A stretch of DNA of 64,000 nucleotides from Takakia lepidozioides (lineage: Eukaryota; Plantae; Bryophyta): assembly GCA_030704615.1 (NCBI GenBank), contig CM060731.1, positions 63,364,001-63,428,000 of the forward strand, given 5' to 3'. Under the pieces are notes generated by a model. It did no database searches. It saw only the letters and a list, made by a program, of their open reading frames with translations, and was not told the origin of the DNA. The translations under genes and the position numbers were made by a program. This document shows positions 1 through 12,986 of this stretch, in pieces; positions within the stretch are counted from its first letter, which is position 1, and each line of letters starts with the position of its first letter.

Positions 1-359
1 AGCTGCAAGAGCCCATATAGCAACTACGGAAAAATTGTCAAATGAGAGGTGGATCTTAGATTTGCCCATCTGAGGTTGGGTAGCGAGTGAGCATGCTCAG
101 GTGAGCACAAGCGAATATACCGCATATTCCTAAGATGCCTTCCGAATATTCTTCAGCAAAACGAAAATTGAGAAACTAAAAAATTTACGAAACTATTTTT
201 AACTGCTCACATAGGCCCGCACAGCAACACTTAAGAAACAAGTAACCCTTATACATGATAAACATGTTACCCTATAGGCGTGGGATTTCCTCACGCAATG
301 CTCACCTGATACTAGGCCATTTCCATGATAGACGTGAGAAAAAGGCGCTGAGACCTTAA

Positions 360-1189
360 CCCCTAATGGACGATTCGGGTCGCGTCAGAAATCAGAAATT
401 GTGGCAAATCGTTGGATGACCTCGGATGAAAAAACTTTCTGAATGAAAGTTGTGCGTCATGATGTCATGCTCCTGCATGTCTGTATGGCACCCTAAAATA
501 ATAAAAGCACTGACATCAGTAATTTTTTTAGTGTGCAAAGTACCCAATTCAGGGCCCTCCAACAGCTTTGACCTACCGACGTGGTAGGATATGGGTGGTT
601 GTACCAATGAAAATTCATTTTGCATGCAGATAGGTTAGAAAATTCATCTATGCATGTAGATAGGTTAGAATGCTTCCAAAAAATTTGTGGCAGTGAGTTT
701 CCACACAAGGAACAATATGACCAGAGGAATTCACCTTGTGATGAAAATTTGGACACATTTGAGGCAGATTTGGGATCAATTGTAATGGATGGTCTTTTTT
801 AACCAACAATTTTCCCATACAAAGTAACCCCATGTGGTTTTGGAATTTGGTTCTGGAATTTTGGCCCAAGGTGCTCTACATGCCAGGCAATTAAAATCTG
901 GGTATGATGTATCAATGAAAATTCATTTTGCCAGGCCAATTGCTTGGTCAAACCATTTTTTCACTCCAAAACTAGAGCACAGTAAAAAAATTATAGCTTG
1001 CATTTTTGTTATAATCTTCGTAATGACACGGTGAAATCAACTGAAATTTTTACAGTAGGTTCCTGAAGTAGGTAGGATTTCATATGGTTCATCCCCTGGA
1101 TGTTTGTCGAATGTCAGATATGCCCTCAAACATGAGGGCATGTTCCGTTTTGGAATGGGCCCACCAAAAACGGGCTCGTCCTTTAGGGG
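360..1189. mobile_element. piggyBac-like non-autonomous element (MITE), 830 bp
   Basis: TTAA (356-359) then CCCCTAATGGACGA ... TCGTCCTTTAGGGG then TTAA (1190-1193); TIRs match 13/14; CCC/GGG ends with TTAA are the piggyBac signature; no coding capacity. Confidence 0.75.
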
Positions 1190-1274
1190 TTAAAGGTTGT
1201 CACGTCCCATCGATAATTACCAAAAACGGGCTCGTCCTTTAGGGGTTAAAGGTTGTCACGTCCCATCGATAATT
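1163..1274 (+). repeat. exact 56-bp tandem duplication spanning the MITE right end and flank
   Basis: accaaaaacgggctcgtcctttaggggttaaaggttgtcacgtcccatcgataatt at 1163-1218 and 1219-1274. Confidence 0.9.
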
Positions 1275-2479
1275 TATCGAGACGAAACTCTCACTCTCGA
1301 AACTGCCATTTAATTTCAATTTCTCAAAGCGAAATTAAAATTTTCACTCCCGAAACTACTTTTTTTTATTTTTTTTATTTAGAACGGGGGCAAAGGCCAA
1401 GCTGACAGAACTTTATTAAGATTATTAGGGTGGAGAGCAGTGTCATACTCGATCTCAGCTCTCAATGGTATGTCTCTGCCACTGTTTACATAGAGTGGTT
1501 AAGTCTCGGCTGAATATTCAACAATCAGAAGATTGGAGGGGGGGAGAGTTTCATGCTCGTAGGCCTTCCCTTTCCTGTTAGTTTTTTCATTTCCCAAGAA
1601 CCTCACTGGGCTACTCATTAGCAACTATTGACCTTTTCGTCTGCAATCCTATCAGCTCTGGTTTGGTGTATGTCTATATATATATATTAAGTTGGTTCCT
1701 TATGATATATGTTGGTACGTCAAAAAGGTCACTAGTCTTTGCATTGCAAACAATAGTTGCTTGGCATGTTGGATGCCTGACTTGCAGAGTATCAATATGG
1801 TGGTGCTCGAGATATGTAGTCAAGTTAAATGGATTTTTTGTGGACTTTTTCTCATTTACCGTCAAATTCCAGTTGATGAAAGCTCACCCTCCAAAGAATG
1901 CAGTACCTTTGATCTGTGGAGGCTTGGCCACACGCAGATTCAAATGCCTACATTATTTCAGTGCATCAAAATTTTAGTATTTTAATATCTCAATCAAGAT
2001 TTTCAGCAAGTTATATCAGTCAGATTTTCAGCTAAGTATTTGAGTAATTCAGCCAGATTTTCAGCCAGTTTTTTAGCGAGTATTTCAGTATTCAGTGAGA
2101 TTTCAAGCAAGTATTTGTTATTTCAGCTAGTTCTTCAACAAGTATTTTAGTATTTCAGTTAATATTTCAACAAGCATCTCAATATTTTAATAATTAGTAA
2201 ATCTGAAGATCAGTTTTGTAATATCATACATCAATAAAGTTCTGCCGGGGATAGAGCCTCTTTCCCGCCTTTATAAATAAATAAATATTTTTTCTTTTTA
2301 TGCAGAATATGCTAAAAGTGTTTTAGAAAATATAGTTGAATGTGTGCTTACTTTATTTCAATATGGCATTTTAAGGAAATCTTCTACTTAGACTTTTAGG
2401 GTGGAGCCATTACGCGACCAGCCGCTTGTTTGAAGTTGAAACAGACAGATTGGAATTTTTTATTTTGATTTTTGAACAT

Positions 2480-3950
2480 TTTTTGTGCAATTTAAACTGT
2501 CACCACCCACCCACTCCAAATCTCTGTAAGCCCTTTGCCAATAAGTTGTCCAATCATTAATCCTCTTCATGTACTCATAAATATAAAAGGTGTCCTCCAA
2601 CTGGCCTATAGAAAACATTGCCTAATGTATCTCTTGTGCAAATGAGACACACTTGTAGTTCCCAAATTCTGTTAGGTACAAAAATTTGCAAGTGCCCACG
2701 AATAATAGTATTAATCATTCTGGAGGCACAATGATTAGTTGGTTGAGGACAAGGTCGGACAAACCAAAAATGGTGGTGTTACTATTCAGATGGGGTACAA
2801 GCAAAAAGAGGCAAATTACCAAGACTCATGTTCGTATGTATGGTGAACCCACTCAATCAATCCTATGTAATCTCACCAGGGTACATCACAGAAGGTCACT
2901 CTAGGTCACTCTACTCACAAAAGCTATGCCCAATTCCGGGGTGCCACACCCGGACTTCCCAACCACCGCACCATGCATCTCTATACAGATTTCATACTCA
3001 TTCAGCTTTACTCAACACTTGTACACCATCGTTTCTACTCCAACCATCTTGCCAGTCCACCCCACCGTCAAATCCCTAGCCTTGGGCCATCTTCATGCTC
3101 ACGAGCTTGCTTCACTTAACCTGCAACTGTCAGTTCGGCGATATTCTAGCAGTCTCTCTCGTCACTCCAAACTGGTTGGCAGGTCGAGCTTCGTTCCTGG
3201 CACCTAACAAGGGGCTCAAGAGATATGATGTTTATAGATGGCCTGCTTGGGCCCACAGAGGGAGAGCCATCGGTTTCGGCCAATAGGCTTGAAAAAACAT
3301 GGCCCATTTACCTAAGCCATGGACATACTCTCTCCATTGGCAAGTGGACCGTTGATCTTTCTCCATCCCTTTGGCAGTATGTACTCCCACGGATAATGGA
3401 GAGTGGCTGCGAGCTCAATCTCGGAGCATCCCTTAGGTGGCACCATGGAGTCATGGAGGGTAGTAATCACAAACGGGTTTGAAGAAAATGCTGGCAGGGG
3501 TCCCCTTGAACAAGTTGACTGGCCAGCAATGTCGTTTCCAGGAGAGCGTTGGCTACAACACTCTACAAGCATAAAACAAGTATTACAATTAAAATATCCA
3601 TCACCTTAAATTGTCTATTTCCCTGCTCTGTATAAATCGGGCTTAGAGTATATAGTCCCAAGTGTATGGCAAACAAAATCTGATGACCCTCTATTACCCC
3701 CTTAGATCTCTAGGGTTTAAAGGTCAGCAGATGTAAAGGGTGATTCAAGCATTTGGTAAATAGGCACATTAGCAATGAGATGATCAAAAGGGCGTACCAA
3801 ATACCAACCTGGGAAATCACATCTTCTAGATGTGCAATGCTGATCCCGCAATATCCTTGAAGAACTTGTTTGGAGGCCATATCTATCCAATTAATGTATG
3901 ATGAACATGTCAAATCTCCGCACACAAACCTTCCAACCTTCCAGTTGATC
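2480..3950 (-). mobile_element. highly degraded LINE remnant (tentative)
   Basis: Broken minus-strand frames with Trp-rich, H-x-F...C-P like segments resembling the L1 ORF2 3' region; no intact ORF. Confidence 0.3.
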
Positions 3951-4139
3951 TAGGGAACAAGAAGAGGATTCCTCGGGACAGCAACAAATGAAAAGAAAGG
4001 GAAGGAGTGGAAATGAAATGAAATGAAATGGTACTTAATAACATCCGCAGGAAAGAAAGAACTTCATGACGTCCACAGGAAGCTCAGAGAGCTTATGGAA
4101 AAGGGAAGACAACAACTTATAACATCTACTAGAAGCCCA

Positions 4140-4670
4140 AGAGCATATAGGACTAAAACGCATAACATGTCGACAAGAGAATTTTCCAACTTCATCCCTG
4201 GTGCAATTCCAGTCTTCTCAATTTCGGCATGGACCTCTTTGCCCTTTTCCAGGGCTCCTAGGGTGGCAGAAGCATTCAGGATGAATGTGACCTAGTTGGG
4301 TATCACCCCTTCCAGTATCATTTGCTCATAGATCTCCATAGCCTCCCTACCATACCCATGTTGAGCATATCCCGTGATCATGGCGTTCCAAGATATTGTC
4401 AAACACCTTGCGCGCTTCCTTAACACTTTTACATTTAGCATACATCACAGTAAGGGCAGTCTCCATAATGATATCTGACCCAATTCTAGCTTTGATGATG
4501 TCAGCATGTACCTCTTAATACTTTCCTGTTGCCACATTGGTAACATTTCAAAATCCCCACCATACCATAGATCCACCAACGAGCTAACTTGCAGAATTCA
4601 ACATGAAAATTTAGGGACGACACTGATAAGAGGGGAAAACAGGCTGAAATGTGTTGAAGAAGGTACTTCA
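4140..4670 (-). pseudogene. PLS-PPR pseudogene fragment joined to an intron/acceptor paralogous to the PDF-motif locus at 58.2 kb
   Basis: Minus strand encodes broken VHADIIKA / MYAKC / ARKVFD / [12 protein letters not shown] motifs; 4515-4670 aligns with 58165-58330. Confidence 0.75.
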
Positions 4671-5309
4671 TTAGCAGTGCTTGTTCTATAAATCGTGCTG
4701 CTGCCGGCTGGTGTTTCCTTCCGCGCTCAAGCACACGGGACGTCATCAGCCCTTCCCCGCTCCAAGACACCCGGCTAGTTTCGGGCATCTCAGGCAGATT
4801 CCATAAACTTTGAGATGATGACATGGCGATGATGACGTGGCACTATGGTACCCTATTCCTGCTCTACGCTAAACTAGCTTCCGACATTCGGTCGTCGCTA
4901 GAATTCATCAGGCCAAGCCCTCAAACTGCATTGGACGACCTAGGTTCTGGTTCATGTCTACGGACATGTGGATCTTGGTCTGAGACTCCGGCTAATGGTC
5001 CTGCCGTTTCTGGGATGCTTCGGTCCCTTTCTTCTCCTACTTTACGAAGATGGGGTGTGAAATGATCGCTCATGAGATTTTTAAAATTTGAAAGGGAGCT
5101 CTCTTTAAAATGGTGTCTGTCCAAGTTACAGTGTGTCTCCCACTTTTATCACGAGTGATACACCGTGTTACAGACCACATTGCTCATTTTGTGCCTATGA
5201 CAAGCAGCCAGCTCTCCAACGACAGGGATGAATTGTTTCTGCCAACTCCTTGGACCTTGTCACTTGCAGTCCATGCGAAGATGCTCCGGTGGTGACAAAT
5301 GAATTTTTG

Positions 5310-5870
5310 GACTTCCAATCAAAGTCCTGCTCTGCGACTACTGTGGATGCAATTGCCAAGGAGGCCGTGCATGCAGGTGATAGCGCGTTCCTCACGTTTA
5401 GGACCAACCCACCCTCGCCGATTTCGAGCAGAAAGTTGCTGATAATTTTGCCTGGCTTATTTACAGCCGCCGCATGCACCCTGCCCACCCTGACATTGCT
5501 TTCGACACTTGCAAACTTGGGCAGAACCTGTGATGCTGTGCAACCATGTCAGCCTCGTTTTCTCAAAACATACACCAAGGCCAGGATCTGCAGATCTTAT
5601 GTACCTTATAGACTTGTGAAGAATTAAGGCCAGCATGTGGCCAATCAGTTATTATACATGCATCAACTTGGGTAATATACTAGGGAGGATAGCAAGATAC
5701 CTCTGAGCTTCACCAACAAAGGCAACAGTGTTGATATCCCGCCACACCTCAGGACTGAAGCACTATTTCCAGGTTGCCAAAAATTAGCAGCTTCCAGAGT
5801 CCAATGTTTACTTATCATGAAATAATCTTGCATCCTAGTAAGCATCTGTGACCGAAATTCCATCTAATCT
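5310..5870 (-). pseudogene. L-2-hydroxyglutarate dehydrogenase (LhgO/L2HGDH-like) C-terminal pseudogene fragment
   Basis: GRVHAAAVNKPGKIISNFLLE...LNVRNALSPACTASLAIASTVV resembles the LhgO C-terminus GVRAQAV..DG.L.DDFL...NAPSPAATS; upstream frames are broken. Confidence 0.6.
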
Positions 5871-6689
5871 AGGCGAGGGAAATATAACAAGCATTTCGAT
5901 GATCTCTCTAGAATACTAGCGCGCAACTGTGCTCAAACACACAGAGACCACACCAAGGCAAAAGAAATCCACGTATCTTTCGAAGCACGTAAACACACAG
6001 CACAGGATTCGAATCGTTACGCCCAACCCAGCGGCTAGATAACCCACAGCTCACTTCTACGACTCAAGTAGGTGCACCTCGCCACACTGAAAAATGAAGA
6101 AGAGCTTAAGAGCGATAAGCAATGCAACATTTGGCAGATGCACAGGTCCAGGTTCGTTCCGACCTTTGTGGGCCACAGGAAACGGAGGGATTCAAGCTTC
6201 GAGAGGAAGGAGTACAACGAAGTGCAGATCCAGTTGGCGTTTGGATTCAGTGACACATTGCTGCACTTTCACCTAGCTGACATCCCTGGCCTTGCTTGCT
6301 GTGGTTGACCCATAATGTAGGCTCAGCTTTGAAACAAGGTCTTCCTCAGAAATTTCTGAAGGTAAAGTCACTCAACGGTTTCGAGCATTTTTTGAATCGT
6401 GTTAGCTGACTCGGCGTTGGGAGCGTTGGGAGGTTGCGGGGTTGATATGCAGGGTGACCCTGAAAGCAGCTGTAATGCACTGGCAGGATGGGATTGATCA
6501 AATTTACCTCATCAAAGGTCAGTCAGACTGACCTGAAATGTTATGCGACCATAGCCTTGGAGGTTTTTATTGCTTCCCAAATACACTACACCTCTACTAC
6601 GAGCGTTACATTCACGGCTATTTCATCACTCACATCCCTAATCCTCAATAAACGTAAGATTGAAAGTGGCCAGCTAGCCACTGTGTGAC

Positions 6690-8000
6690 AGGTTATAGTT
6701 CGGATAGAGCCCACCCCTCAAAGGGGGCAGTACCCGGGCAACGACGCAATGGCGTGAGCGTTGCACGTGAGCGTGCGAGCGTACGCTCACGCAGGAGTGA
6801 CGTGGCGTGAGCCTGCACACATGCTGACGTGGCGTGAGCGTCATGTCAGCATGCTGATGTGGCGGTAAATGATGACATGGCACTGTCCGTCAACTGCCAT
6901 GTCAGCATTAACATGCGCCACCTATAACCGTGGATGGTCCTATGACCGTGGAATTAATGCAGGGAATCTTGCCTAAATAGAATCAAGACGAGCGTTGAGG
7001 CCTACAATTACAGCATCCAACATTGTGCAATTACAAATGCTTGTTTCACTTTTACAATTACGAAGACGACAAAATATCCTCACAAAGTGTGCGCCATAAA
7101 GGCTGCCACGAGAAGACTTCCTCCCTCCTCAAATAACAATGAGAGTTATGATCATCTTCAAAAGATGATTGTAGTGCATAGCGACAGCAAGACATGTAGA
7201 CTTCGAACGGTGCAATGACAAATGTGCACTACCTAAAAGTTGTCACTCAGAGCTCACTCCGTATAATTGGAGGCCATATCATTGCACAGCCGACAAATTG
7301 ATGTGAATTACACATTTCAAATCATGGTCATCCACATACCACATTACATAGTTCATGCTACCCATGTGTTGTATCCCGCTGCAAAAGAGTATCGACCTCG
7401 TTGAAACTCATAGTGGCCTGGTGAATGAAGTTGTCACGTTTGGGATCGCAAACCATCCTCCTCAAAAATATGAAATACAAATGTTTGCAGGGTATGAATT
7501 TACCTCTCTTGCCCAAACTGGTTGATAGCATATTCACAAAATCAGGACATGTGCAATTGGGGAAATTGGAAACCGTGATGTCGTAGGTACTTGAGGAGTT
7601 GCGTTCATGTATATATAAATCTAGGGTCCTTGACAAACTTGGGGTCATAATGTGGGTCTGTTTGCCTTAATGAAGTGGGAAACTGAAGAAGAAGCTGCCG
7701 CTAAATATGAACAGACATAGATGAAAACTAGAGGTCATTCCATCTCACTCCGAGTGGAATACTCAAGCTCATCACTAACACCATTCATGAGCTCTCGGCC
7801 CTTTCCCACGATGGGAGAAGTGGGAAACTGCAGGAGAAGCTGCCTCATGAACAGATATCAATCCATCTGTCTGTGCGGAATAGGCAAGCTCATCACGTGG
7901 AAGGTGCACTTGGAAGGCATCCAGAAGTAGCTGTAGTGAGGGCAGAGAGCGAGAGGGCATAAGTATATAGCTGCAGCCGCATCAGCGTTGCTCAACGTTC
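6690..8000 (-). mobile_element. TE remnant carrying a SWIM zinc-finger ORF (MULE- or Helitron-like; class uncertain)
   Basis: ORF 7358-7648(-) has YDITV...CTCPDF...CKHLYF (SWIM CxC..CxH); repeated TGACGTGGC/TGACATGGC motifs at 6790-6910; terminal hairpin CCCCTCAAAGGGG near 6714. Confidence 0.5.
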
Positions 8001-8399
8001 TGCTGCACTGGCTGCTCTGTGTGCGAGAGTGCATGCGTCAGGCTCCAGAGGTCCAGACAAGGATTTGTTTGTCAAGTGAGTAAGTACATGCCGGGAATGT
8101 TTCTTTGCTGAGATGAGTGTGTGTGAAAGAGTAGCTGCACAATTGGAAGAGGAAGGTACCCGTTTGATGTGAGGATGACTGTAGGTGACAGACGAGCATA
8201 ATCTGCTCTGAACCTGTACAGCAGCTCCGATTGTGAAGTATGGGGGTTATGATATGATAACGGATGGGGGGGTGACCCTTTGTATAATGATGGCTGAAAT
8301 CTCAAAGTGAATGTGACGGCTATGTCTTGCTCTGGACTTGGTTTGAAGGTTTGACGTATGTGTGTAGAGGCACCAAGGTCTTGGATCGGCGCGCGAAGC

Positions 8400-10934
8400 A
8401 TGGCGTCGAAGATACAGCTGTACACGTGGCCTACACCAAATGGCATGAAGGTGTGCTTTCCCTTTATTTCTGTCCATTTTCTGCAAATGGTCTTATAGTA
8501 CTTATGCGGTGAGAACCTGGAGTACTCTAATTGGGGCTGCTTGTCAAGAGGGGGAAGAGCTGATGTACTCATTGACTATTTAGTGAAGGGCCCTTGATAG
8601 CAAAGTACCTGCGGGATATCAACCCCTGGGTATGCCACCGGGGTATGGAGGGATTGTACTCCCCAAACTTTGCTTGCCCCTTCGCCTTCTGGGCCCCAGA
8701 TTGGACACTGCTGGAGAAGGAAGGAGGTTACAAATTGAAGGAAATAAACAAATGTTGGGGTCTTCGTTGCGTGGAGGCAGGTGGGCATTGCGTTTGAGGA
8801 GATGGGGTTGCCCTATCAGGTCCACCCTATCAACATAGCCACGAATGAACAATTTAGCCCGGAGTTCATTGCAATCAATCCGAATTCCAAGATTCCTGCC
8901 ATTGTTGACCCCGATGGTCCAGGTTGACTTTCCCCTCACGTTCACCTAATTCCTATGAGTCTGCAGTTTTGGTGTCTCGTGTTCTCCTGTTTGTGAAGTT
9001 CTACTCTGTTGGCATTCACATGTTGTTGTGAGCTGGTATTCTCTTGAGTTGAGGTTGTCTCATCCTGTAGTTAGCCTGCCATTCCTCAATGCTGCACATT
9101 ATTGCGCTCCAGTACACCCAAATTGCAAATTAGGATTATACTCTTATCAGTCAAGACTCTGAATCCGCAAGTCTTGACCTTGCTGGATAAATCTGACTTA
9201 GAGACTGTAGTGTCCAAAGCCATGTCTGTTACCAGAAAATTGTCCGATGAAAATGAAGTTAGGCAGAAAACTTCCTTGAACCTGTTTCCAGTCTGTGACA
9301 TGGGGGAGGATACCATGGATGACCTCAAGGGCCTACTCACTCTCGGCACCAGACTGAAATTTAAACTCAGGGCAGGAAGCCTGCCTTTTGAGCAGTAAAC
9401 AGAAGCAGAGAGAAAAGGGAGAGTGCAATTGCCCGTTGTGTGGGCAACCCGAAGACAATGTTCATTTTCTGATTCACTGTACTCACCAGAGAGAAGCTCT
9501 CCTCCAATCTATCAAGAGAATTGTGCCTGTACCTATGTTTACCAACTTTGAAAGTCTCGAGGTTGAGCCAAAAGCCCAGGCCTTTCTGAGGCCTGGTTAC
9601 TGGACTGACCACACACAGCAGATTGATGCTTGTGTGAAAGGATTTCTAGAGGATATCTGGAAAACCCGAATCAATGTTCTTTATGAAGGTAAGTCTTACT
9701 ACCGACCTCAGCCCCTGACTGAGGTAGGTTCTGTCCTTTTATGTTCCGTTCAAACTGGACGCGGGGTCAATGGCCACAAGGCTACGGCAAACAACATCTT
9801 TTGAGTACATTCTTATCAGTCAAGAATGGTTTTTCTAGAGAAAATAGGCATCCAGTTTTGAGGCCCTTGAATTTGAGCACCCATGTTATTGCTAAACTGC
9901 ACTGTTGGAAGCAGATGGAAAACCTATCAGTATTTTTGAGAGCGGAGCAATTCTACTGTATTTGGCGGAAAAAACTGGCAAGTTTCTGTCACACGACCCC
10001 CGTCTGAAGTGGGAGACCATTAAGTGGGTATTCTTCCAGATGGCTGGTGTTGGGCCAATGTTTGGTCAGGTGTGCACTCTCTCCTGCATCCTCACCCTTT
10101 CTGCTCCTTTCTCTTCTCTTCTCTTCCTAGTTGTCCTCTTCTTGCTGATTGATGTGTTCCTAGGCTAAAGTCTGGTGGACAATATACATCACTTTCAAGA
10201 GGGAGGGTTACCACCTACTGGTTCATCATCTCGAGGCATTTGCATTTGATGTCATTATTGGATGTCTGATAAGAGACTACTAACTCAGAGAGAACGCGAA
10301 TCTCAACCAATTAAGATCACACCTTCTGTGCCTCACCCATGGGCCCCTTGTGGCCCCATGGGACAGTATAAGGTTTTTTTCTTTCATTCCCTGGACCCTG
10401 AAGTCATGTCAGTTTATACACTGGGCTGAACTCCAAGGCTGGTTAAAGGTGGGTTAATATCCCCCAAGAAGTCATTTCAAGTATGTCTTAGCCAGGAAGT
10501 CCAGGAGTGATCCGAGTACCTTCTGTCCCTCACAATGTGGTGTCAACCTTCGCTCTGTTTGTCCATTGAATATCTCAAGAGAATAAAATCTGATACATGC
10601 TTCCTTTGGTTGGGGTCAATTTCAGTTTGGGCATTTTTTCAAGTATGCCAAAGATAAGTGCAAGGATCCGTACCCAGTGGAGCGTTACAAAAATGAATCA
10701 AAACGCCTCCTTGGAGTCTTGGAGAAGAGGTTAACAGGTCGGGAGTTTCTGATTGATGGAGGCTATTCAATTGCGGACATGGCAACATTCCCATGGGTAT
10801 ATGGTCTGTCAGAGTTTTACCATGCCGAGGAGGTACTGGAGCTACATAAGTTCCCAAATGTTCTTGCATGGGTAGCACGGTGCAAGGCACGGCCAGCTAC
10901 TGCCAAGGGATTGACTGTGGGCAAGCCTCAGTAG
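8400..10934 (+). CDS. glutathione S-transferase, Ure2p/YfcG-like class; exons 8400-8450, 8781-8922, 9915-10069, 10626-10934
   Basis: GT-AG spliced frame is open: MASKIQLYTWPTPNGMK|VGIAFEEMGLPY...INPNSKIPAIVD...|DGKPISIFESGAILLYLAEK...WVFFQMAGVGPMFGQ|FGHFF...YSIADMATFPW; the TPNG motif is typical of YfcG/Ure2p GSTs. Confidence 0.92.
9090..9800 (+). mobile_element. 5'-truncated non-LTR retrotransposon 3' fragment in GST intron 2
   Basis: LKFKLRAGSL...CPLCGQPEDNVHFLIHC (C-terminal CCHC zinc knuckle of LINE ORF2), interrupted frame. Confidence 0.7.
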
Positions 10935-11254
10935 TTTTCTGACCAAAGCCTGTGCTGAAGCCCACAAATTTGGCCTTTTGGCTTCATGTTGTCTGAGATG
11001 AAAATGGGAGCTTAAGTTGAGTAGTTCATTGCCAGCAGCAGTAGCAAGTTGAGGAAAGTTTGTGAAAGCTTATCTCACACTATGTTATTTTGCAGTACAA
11101 TACAACCAATCCAGGGCCACTGTCCCCTGTTCTGTAAAAATAAATAAATAAAATTGGCTTATGTTATCTGAGGTTGGATAGTGTATGAGTGTCGTGAGTC
11201 TGCTTACGAGAGCATACAGGCATGTTCTATATATTCTCCAAAGAGCTTAAGAAA

Positions 11255-11495
11255 TACTACGAAACTATTCAGAAATGAATGAAAACTGTGCTCACACGAC
11301 AAACATTATGAAACTATTCGAAAACCAATGGAAATTGTGCTCACACGACAAACATTACGAAACTATTCGAAAACCAATGAAAACTGAGAAACATTACGAA
11401 ACTATTCAAAAACAAATGAAAACTGCTCACACCATAAACATTACAAAATTGTTCGAAATCGAATGAAAACTGTACTCACACGAGAAACATAACAA
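11255..11495 (+). repeat. ~48-bp minisatellite (aaacattacgaaactattcgaaaaccaatgaaaactgtgctcacacgac-like), left part
   Basis: About 5 degenerate tandem units; the same unit resumes at 12987-13090 after a LINE insertion; related sequence at ~90-240. Confidence 0.8.
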
Positions 11496-11496
11496 A

Positions 11497-12905
11497 CAGG
11501 ATTTTTGGTGCTGTCTTTTCGGGAGGAATTGGCATGGGGGCTGCACTTCATTGCTGACTGCAAAGGTTCTCTGGCATACTATGGTTCCAATGAGTTGGAT
11601 AAGCAACACTTATACCACATAAGAGTGATGGACAACCAAGTGAATGTCAACCCACTTCCCCAGCTAGGGCAGGAAATTCAATGGGCTTGTCACATTTCAG
11701 TTTCCTGGTTCCAGGCCTATTTGCCCCCGTAGAAGACCTCCAATTCGATCCGGGGGAATTGAGTTGGATGGACCATAAACACTCCCCCTTCTTTGCCCAT
11801 ACAGTAAAGATGGGATACTCCATTCTAGATCCATTCTGGCAAAATGTACATCAAAGTGGGGAACATACAACTTCTCTCAGGAAAATTGGAACTCAAGTTG
11901 GAAAGATATCTGGAGGAAAGATTGGGCAGCGAGAATCTCGGCTTTTCTATGGAAGCTTGCACATAGGATGCTGCCAGTGAGACAAGCAACAGACCAGGAT
12001 TCCCCATCCTGCCCTATCTGCCAATTGGACCCAAAATCTATTGTACACTGTCTGACCTCATGTGCACTCTCTAGCAGGGTTTGGCGGGCGGTTCGGAGCT
12101 TCTACGCTCACTGGAACACCTTCCCTGCTCCTTCGCCCCCTTCCCTCCTGCTTTTAAATTGCTTGCCTGGGCATCCGCAAAGCACTTGCCTTGTGTGGGC
12201 CACCCTTAGAGCACATACATTATGGAACTTGTGGAAAGCAAGATGTGCATGGGTGTATGAGGGAAAGCACCCCAGGGGCAGACCAATTCTCTTTCAAACT
12301 TATTTTGATCTGCTTGCTGAGGGGAGGAAATCATGGGGGGTTGTTTGTGTAGCTATTCCCAGAACTTCAGAGCAACGGGGGAGGAAGCTGCTCAAAAATT
12401 TCCTGAACACCTGGGGTAAAAGCAACATGATCGGAACTAGTCTACCCAACTCACATTTTCAATGGCGAGATTCCGTACCAACTCAATGGGAAGTCCCCTA
12501 GTGAAGGGGAGGAGTTAGACTTCAACTGACGACATAAAAGAACCAAAGATGCAAAGTCCAAAACACACTTGAAGTTCTAGCTTCACTCCTACCGCCTGCC
12601 AAGCCTTCTGCTGCTCATGCTGCTCACACTTGTTGACCTGCAGCTGTTCTTGGCCGCTTAAAACCCCTCTTAAGTGGCTTTGGCCCTCACTAGCAGCAAT
12701 CTCCTTGTTAAATCTTGTCTACACATCTCATTTCTATCCTAAAGTGCATCCCCTTAGTCCCCTCCCTCACCGACCTGCCTCTACTATTTCTCTCGCTTTG
12801 CTCAGCTAGCTGGTTTGCTAGAGACACGGGGAAGTTTCCCCAGTCAGCCTTCATAGCCCCAAAAACAGTGGTTATATTTTCCACTGATGTCTATTTCCTT
12901 TATTA
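11497..12905 (+). mobile_element. L1-like LINE 3' fragment (zf-RVT region) inserted in the minisatellite
   Basis: ORF 11968-12501 CPICQLDPKSIVHCLTSC..SSRVW...LWNLWKARCAWVYEG; frameshifted upstream. Confidence 0.8.
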
Positions 12906-12986
12906 ATTTGATTAAAAGGGCCTCCATCCCCTTTCTTTTTTTTATTTTTAAAAACATAATATTTCGATTATTTTTTATTTTATTTT

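Noticed and set aside
5440-5530. CXC/TCR cysteine cluster (CKCRKQC...CGGC) on the minus strand
   Set aside because: It is an alternative frame of the L2HGDH-like relic, which explains the sequence better.
6686-8074. TGACA...TGTCA as LTR or TIR ends of the SWIM element
   Set aside because: Only 5 bp, and no matching target-site duplication.
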